From contig CAVQQD010000001.1 in the NCBI GenBank assembly GCA_963714975.1, forward strand, positions 256,001-320,000: 64,000 nt of DNA, in the 5' to 3' direction. Under the pieces are notes generated by a model. It saw only the letters and a program-made list of their open reading frames with translations, was not told the origin of the DNA and made no database searches. Positions 60,644-64,000 of this stretch are shown here, piece by piece; the first letter of the stretch is position 1; each line of letters starts with the position of its first letter. The position numbers and the translations under genes are program-made. The stretch is from an uncultured Gammaproteobacteria bacterium. Lineage in GTDB: Bacteria; Pseudomonadota; Gammaproteobacteria; JAURND01.

Positions 60644-61078
60644 ATGACTATTATTAACAAAGCTGCCAAGGTGGTTTATTCCCCTGATCAAATGTATGAG
60701 CTGGTAAATCGGATAGAGGATTATCCTCATTTCGTGCCCTGGTGTAAATCTACAGAGATCCTAAGCCGTGATCCAGATGAAATCAAAGCGCGATTATTTT
60801 TTGCGCGGGGGGGGCTGGAGAAATCTTTTACTACCTGTAATCGCTTGCAAGAAAATAAAATGGTGGAAATCCGCTTACTGGACGGCCCGTTTCGGATGTT
60901 GGAGGGGTTTTGGCGTTTTGAGACGATTCCAGAGGGGTGCCGTATTAGTTTAGACTTGGAATTTGAATTTTCTAACAAAGTGGTGGGGATGATGTTTTCT
61001 CATCTGTTTAACCCGATTGCCAACATGTTGGTGGATGTATTTTGTCAGCGCGCGAAGGATGTTTATGGAGAAAACTAA
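60644..61078 (+). CDS. ratA: RatA/PasT (COQ10 START-domain) protein
   Basis: QMYELVN..YPHFVPWC..GPFRMLEGFWRF; divergent from smpB. Confidence 0.93.
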   Translation: MTIINKAAKVVYSPDQMYELVNRIEDYPHFVPWCKSTEILSRDPDEIKARLFFARGGLEKSFTTCNRLQENKMVEIRLLDGPFRMLEGFWRFETIPEGCRISLDLEFEFSNKVVGMMFSHLFNPIANMLVDVFCQRAKDVYGEN

Positions 61079-61466
61079 ACCCCCTCTCCCCCGAAGGTGG
61101 GAGAGGGGGGAAATGCAAGATCAGGCTCACCCCTCATCCGGCCTGCGGCCACCTTCTCCCACAAGGGGAGAAGGAATAAGGTCAAAGGTTTATGCGGGGT
61201 TAATAACCATCGAAGTCGCCTATGGATCCTCGGATCAGCAAACTTTGATCAATTTAGCCGTGCCACCTACCTGCACCGTCGAGCAAGCCATCATTCAGTC
61301 TGGAATTTTACAGTGCTTCCCCGCTATTAGTCTGACTCAAAATAAAGTCGGTATTTTTGGCCAAATCGTATCCTTAAAACATCCGCTTGCTCCTGGGGAT
61401 CGAATCGAGCTCTATCGCCCTGTCAACGACCCCAAACAAGCTAGGCGGAGGAGAGGGGATATTTAA
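61065..61466 (+). CDS. rnfH: RnfH/RatB ubiquitin-like protein with REP-derived N-terminal extension
   Basis: IEVAY..VGIFG..GDRIELYRP..DPKQARRRR. Confidence 0.85.
   Translation: MEKTKPPLPRRWERGEMQDQAHPSSGLRPPSPTRGEGIRSKVYAGLITIEVAYGSSDQQTLINLAVPPTCTVEQAIIQSGILQCFPAISLTQNKVGIFGQIVSLKHPLAPGDRIELYRPVNDPKQARRRRGDI
61081..61174. repeat. REP family A doublet in the rnfH 5' region
   Basis: CCCCTCTCCC..GGGAGAGGGG and CCCTCATCCG..CACCTTCTCCCACAAGGGGAGAAGG. Confidence 0.85.
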
Positions 61467-63364
61467 TCTTCCAAATAAGTATATCCTTGCAGCCCTTCGG
61501 TAAGTGTTTCTAAGTGATCTTGGGTTTCTTCTGCACTTAAATTCGCTCTTTTAAACTGATCCCGATAAGAATCAAGTAGCTCATTACTGTCGAATTGCAC
61601 ATAACGTAAAGCATTCTCCACCACATCCCCCCTGACAGGGTGCACCAAGCGATACCCCCCTTCTGGCAATAATTCCACATTGACGGAATGGGTGTCCCCA
61701 AACAAATTATGCATATCCCCCAAAATTTCTTGATAAGCACCGACTAAAAAAATGCCTAACAAGTAGGGTTTGTTTGCGTCATAAGGCAACAATGGTAAGG
61801 TGGTTTCAATACCTTCGCCATCTACATAACAATCAATGCGCCCATCCGAATCGCAGGTAATATCCTGCAATATGCCACGGCAACTCGGCTTGTGCTCTAG
61901 CCCAGCTAACGGGATGATCGGGAATACTTGATCGATTGCCCATGCATCAGGTAAGGATTGAAAAAGGGAAAAATTACAAAAATATTTATCAGCCAATTTC
62001 TCATTTAATTCATCTAACACTTCACGATGTGAGCGCACACTATGCTTTAATAAATCACGCACGCGAATGCAAGTGTTCATGTAAATTTGCTCAGCACGTG
62101 CCCGCTCAGTCAGGCTGATGATCCCATGGTTATACATGCTGCGCACTTCCCCCATCCAGTGACAGGCATCATGATAAACCTCAAGGGCGGAACGTTCGGA
62201 CAAATTCACGAACCCATCCCATAATTCTCGCAACACCAAAGCCTCATCAGGTTGTACCGGACTCAAATCACCCTTTGGCAGGATGCTCTCTACCTCGGTG
62301 ACATTGACAATTAATACCGCATGATGGGCCACCATGGCTCGACCTGATTCAGTAATAATTTGGGGGTGAGGCAAATTATTCTCTTTGCAAATCTCTTCCA
62401 AGGTATACACCACATTATTGGCATATTCCTGAATGCTGTAATTCATTGAAGTATAACTACGCGAACGTGTCCCTTCATAATCTACCGCCAAACCACCACC
62501 CACATTTACTGTGGTAATTGGCACACCCAAAGCTCGCAACTCACTATAATAACGAGCACATTCACGCATTCCGCGTTGGATGTCCGCAATGTTAGCGATT
62601 TGTGAACCTAGCATGAAATGCAACAATTGCAATAACGCTAGACACCCTTCCGCACGTAAACGTTCTACCACATCTAATACCTGGGCGGCTGAAAAGCCAA
62701 ATTTGGATTTTTCTCCGCCGGTATGCTGCCACTTTCCTGCCGCAACCGATGCTAAACGCAAGCGAATCCCCAAACAAGGCTCTACTCCCATCTTGCGCGC
62801 TTCATCAAGCACCACATCCAATTCAGACATCTTTTCTAAAACGATATACACGCGGTGTCCTAAACGCTGGCCAATGAGAGCCAGACGAATGTACTCACGA
62901 TCTTTGTAGCCATTGCAAATAATGACTGAATCCGGTTGCGTGGAAAGCCCAAGCACTGCTAGTAATTCAGGCTTACTTCCAGCCTCTAAACCGATCGGGT
63001 TGCCCTCGGCGCCATAACGCACGATTTCTTCTAATACCCGACGCTGTTGATTAGCCTTGATCGGATAAACACCCATATATTGACCCTGATAGCCATATTC
63101 CTGCATCGCTCGACCAAAAGCATTTTGTAAGCGCTTAAATCTCTGTCGCAAAATATCCACAAAACGCACTAAAATCGGCAAACTTAAGCCAATTTCATAC
63201 ATTGCATCCACTAATTCTTGCAAATTAATACTCGTGCGATCGCGTTTGCCATCAGGATAGGCAACTACTTGCCCCTGCTCATTGATATCAAAATAACCAT
63301 CACCCCAATGAGCAATATTGTACAATTCGCGGCTTTGCGTTACGGACCAATTAGTCTTAGTCAT
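61463..63364 (-). CDS. speA: Biosynthetic arginine decarboxylase
   Basis: VYPIKANQ, GLEAGSKPEL, TCDSDG, GAYQEILGDMHNLFG. Confidence 0.97.
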   Translation of the reverse strand: MTKTNWSVTQSRELYNIAHWGDGYFDINEQGQVVAYPDGKRDRTSINLQELVDAMYEIGLSLPILVRFVDILRQRFKRLQNAFGRAMQEYGYQGQYMGVYPIKANQQRRVLEEIVRYGAEGNPIGLEAGSKPELLAVLGLSTQPDSVIICNGYKDREYIRLALIGQRLGHRVYIVLEKMSELDVVLDEARKMGVEPCLGIRLRLASVAAGKWQHTGGEKSKFGFSAAQVLDVVERLRAEGCLALLQLLHFMLGSQIANIADIQRGMRECARYYSELRALGVPITTVNVGGGLAVDYEGTRSRSYTSMNYSIQEYANNVVYTLEEICKENNLPHPQIITESGRAMVAHHAVLIVNVTEVESILPKGDLSPVQPDEALVLRELWDGFVNLSERSALEVYHDACHWMGEVRSMYNHGIISLTERARAEQIYMNTCIRVRDLLKHSVRSHREVLDELNEKLADKYFCNFSLFQSLPDAWAIDQVFPIIPLAGLEHKPSCRGILQDITCDSDGRIDCYVDGEGIETTLPLLPYDANKPYLLGIFLVGAYQEILGDMHNLFGDTHSVNVELLPEGGYRLVHPVRGDVVENALRYVQFDSNELLDSYRDQFKRANLSAEETQDHLETLTEGLQGYTYLED

Positions 63365-63367
63365 TGC

Positions 63368-64000
63368 TTATAACTCAACATTTAATTGACGTGGTTTGCG
63401 GTTTTTCCATGCCCCTTTATGGTAGGCGTATCCTGCAATTAAAGGTAATGCGATCGTCGCTTCACAAAATACCATTTGTTCATACACCGTAGATACCTTC
63501 CCCCAGGAACAGGCTTCGCGTAAGGTAGATCCCGAGAGCGCGCCATCTCGCTCATCAGCCACAGTAATTTGTATGGCATATTTATGTAAGGGCGCCGACT
63601 CCCCGAGCAATTCCGCAGCAACCACAATATCCTGAGCAAAATTTTTCGGCACGCCGCCTCCAACCATCAGTAAGCCCGTGTCTTTACTCTTCACTTTAAG
63701 CGCCGTCAATTCTCGAAAATCTTTCACCGAATCGATGCTGACATGCTGAGCAGGATTTTGTACCTGATGCATGACTAACCCAAATCCAGCACTACAATCA
63801 CTGAAGGCCGGCACGAAAATGGGCACTTGCTGTTGATACGCCGTCGCTACAATCGAATTTGCTTGCGGATGCTTGTTTGCTAAATATTCGCCCATGGCGT
63901 AAATAAACTCTCGAGAAGAAAAGGACCGTTTTTCTAGCTGATCGGCAATTTGCGCAATAGTATGGTCACAGACGCGCAAAGAATCTTCATCAATCAAAGT
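63368..64000 (-). CDS. Deoxyhypusine synthase-like protein (5' partial)
   Basis: SDCSAG, GGGVPKNF, DGALSGSTLREACSWGK. Confidence 0.92.
   Translation of the reverse strand, partial: TLIDEDSLRVCDHTIAQIADQLEKRSFSSREFIYAMGEYLANKHPQANSIVATAYQQQVPIFVPAFSDCSAGFGLVMHQVQNPAQHVSIDSVKDFRELTALKVKSKDTGLLMVGGGVPKNFAQDIVVAAELLGESAPLHKYAIQITVADERDGALSGSTLREACSWGKVSTVYEQMVFCEATIALPLIAGYAYHKGAWKNRKPRQLNVEL

Noticed and set aside
63368-64000. DHS as a modifier of EF-P
   Set aside because: EpmA is present next to efp and the DHS gene is coupled to speA, so a polyamine role is simpler.

Overview
Chromosomal window of a Legionellales-like gammaproteobacterium (Coxiellaceae-type, inferred from gene content). Core genes (hemY, prfA-prmC, htpX-lemA, rsmI-rsmD, ftsY, trxA-rho-ubiD, epmA/efp, tkt-gap-pgk-pyk, smpB-ratA-rnfH, speA-deoxyhypusine synthase-like) alternate with accessory genes that look like Dot/Icm effectors. 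These are three paralogous Wip-type metallophosphoesterase + ankyrin + transmembrane proteins (both intact copies have PmrA-type boxes, the third is cut by an IS3), a YopJ/CE-clan-like protein, a 1495-aa internally duplicated protein, and an 1807-aa protein whose PP2C-like domain has its motifs out of order. Also present are two Fic genes, a VapBC pair, an orphan antitoxin and an Rpn nuclease flanked by a 73-bp duplication of the smpB 5' end. At least three families of REP-like palindromes recur: some are nested inside outer inverted repeats, one leads into a possible DUF559 remnant, and two are read in frame inside housekeeping proteins. Several 1-2 nt indels (efp, two hypothetical genes, the IS3 junction) may be real decay or assembly errors. 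No CRISPR array, rRNA or tRNA was seen. All family calls are by motif recognition by eye, not database search.
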